This document shows positions 63,590-64,000 of a stretch of DNA of 64,000 nt, piece by piece. Both the position numbers and the translations under genes were made by a program. The notes under the pieces are model-generated. The model worked only from the letters and a program-made list of their open reading frames with translations. It made no database searches and was not told where the DNA came from. Source of the DNA: the human T2T-CHM13v2.0 reference genome, Homo sapiens; NCBI RefSeq assembly GCF_009914755.1, contig NC_060928.1; one strand, 5' to 3'. The number at the start of each line of letters is the position of its first letter. Within the stretch, counting starts at the first letter, position 1.

Positions 63590-64000
63590 CAATAAACGTA
63601 CATGTGCATGTGTCTTTATAGCAGCATGATTTATAGTCCTTTGGGTATATACCCAGTAATGGGATGGCCGGGTCAAATGGTATTTCTAGTTCTAGATCCC
63701 TGAGGAGTCGCCACACTGACTTCCACAATGGTTGAACTAGTTTACAGTCCCACCAACAGTGTAAAAGTGTTCCTATTTCTCCACATCCTCTCCAGCACCT
63801 GTTGTTTCCTGACTTTTTAATGATTGCCATTCTAACTGGTGTGAGATGGTATCTCATTGTGGTTTTGATTTGCATTTCTCTGATGGCCAGTGATGGTGAG
63901 CATTTTTTCATGTGTTTTATGGCTGCATAAATGTCTTCTTTTGAGAAGTGTCTGTTCATGTCCTTTGCCCACTTTTTGATGGGGTTGTTTTTTTCTTGTA
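63590..64000 (-). mobile_element. Young L1PA (PA2/PA3-like) ORF2 C-terminal segment lacking 3'UTR and poly(A); runs off the window
   Basis: ORF 63573..63959 ([19 protein letters not shown]...[18 protein letters not shown]). Confidence 0.9.

Overview
AT-rich, repeat-dense primate (human-like) genomic DNA with no intact protein-coding gene, RNA gene or CRISPR array. Most ORFs in the supplied track come from Alu or L1 sequence or are chance ORFs. The transposon content includes a full-length dead L1PA4/5-like element with TSDs (39750-45842), other L1PA/L1M pieces, about 12 Alu/FLAM/FAM copies, L2, MIR, L3, solo LTRs (MER21 x2, THE1D, MLT1 x2, LTR12, MER34/39-like) and hAT relics. Main result: the unique DNA between the repeats holds a collinear chain of 11-12 plus-strand exon remnants (about 0.3/0.9 kb to 56.1 kb) with mostly canonical splice sites. 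Translated through stops and frameshifts, they resemble zona pellucida-binding proteins ZPBP/ZPBP2 (Ig domain + Sp38 domain) twice in tandem, followed by a probable transmembrane helix. I interpret this as a decayed (unitary-type) pseudogene of a membrane-anchored ZPBP-like gene that I cannot name. The homology comes from by-eye comparison with ZPBP/ZPBP2 sequences recalled from memory and needs a profile search to confirm. Other notable structures: a ~245-bp inverted duplication anchored on a MER1B end, an orphan polyadenylated retro-insert inside an L1, a twin-primed L1 cut short by a second L1, and two antisense-pointing TE promoters. Repeat subfamily calls and many repeat boundaries are approximate.
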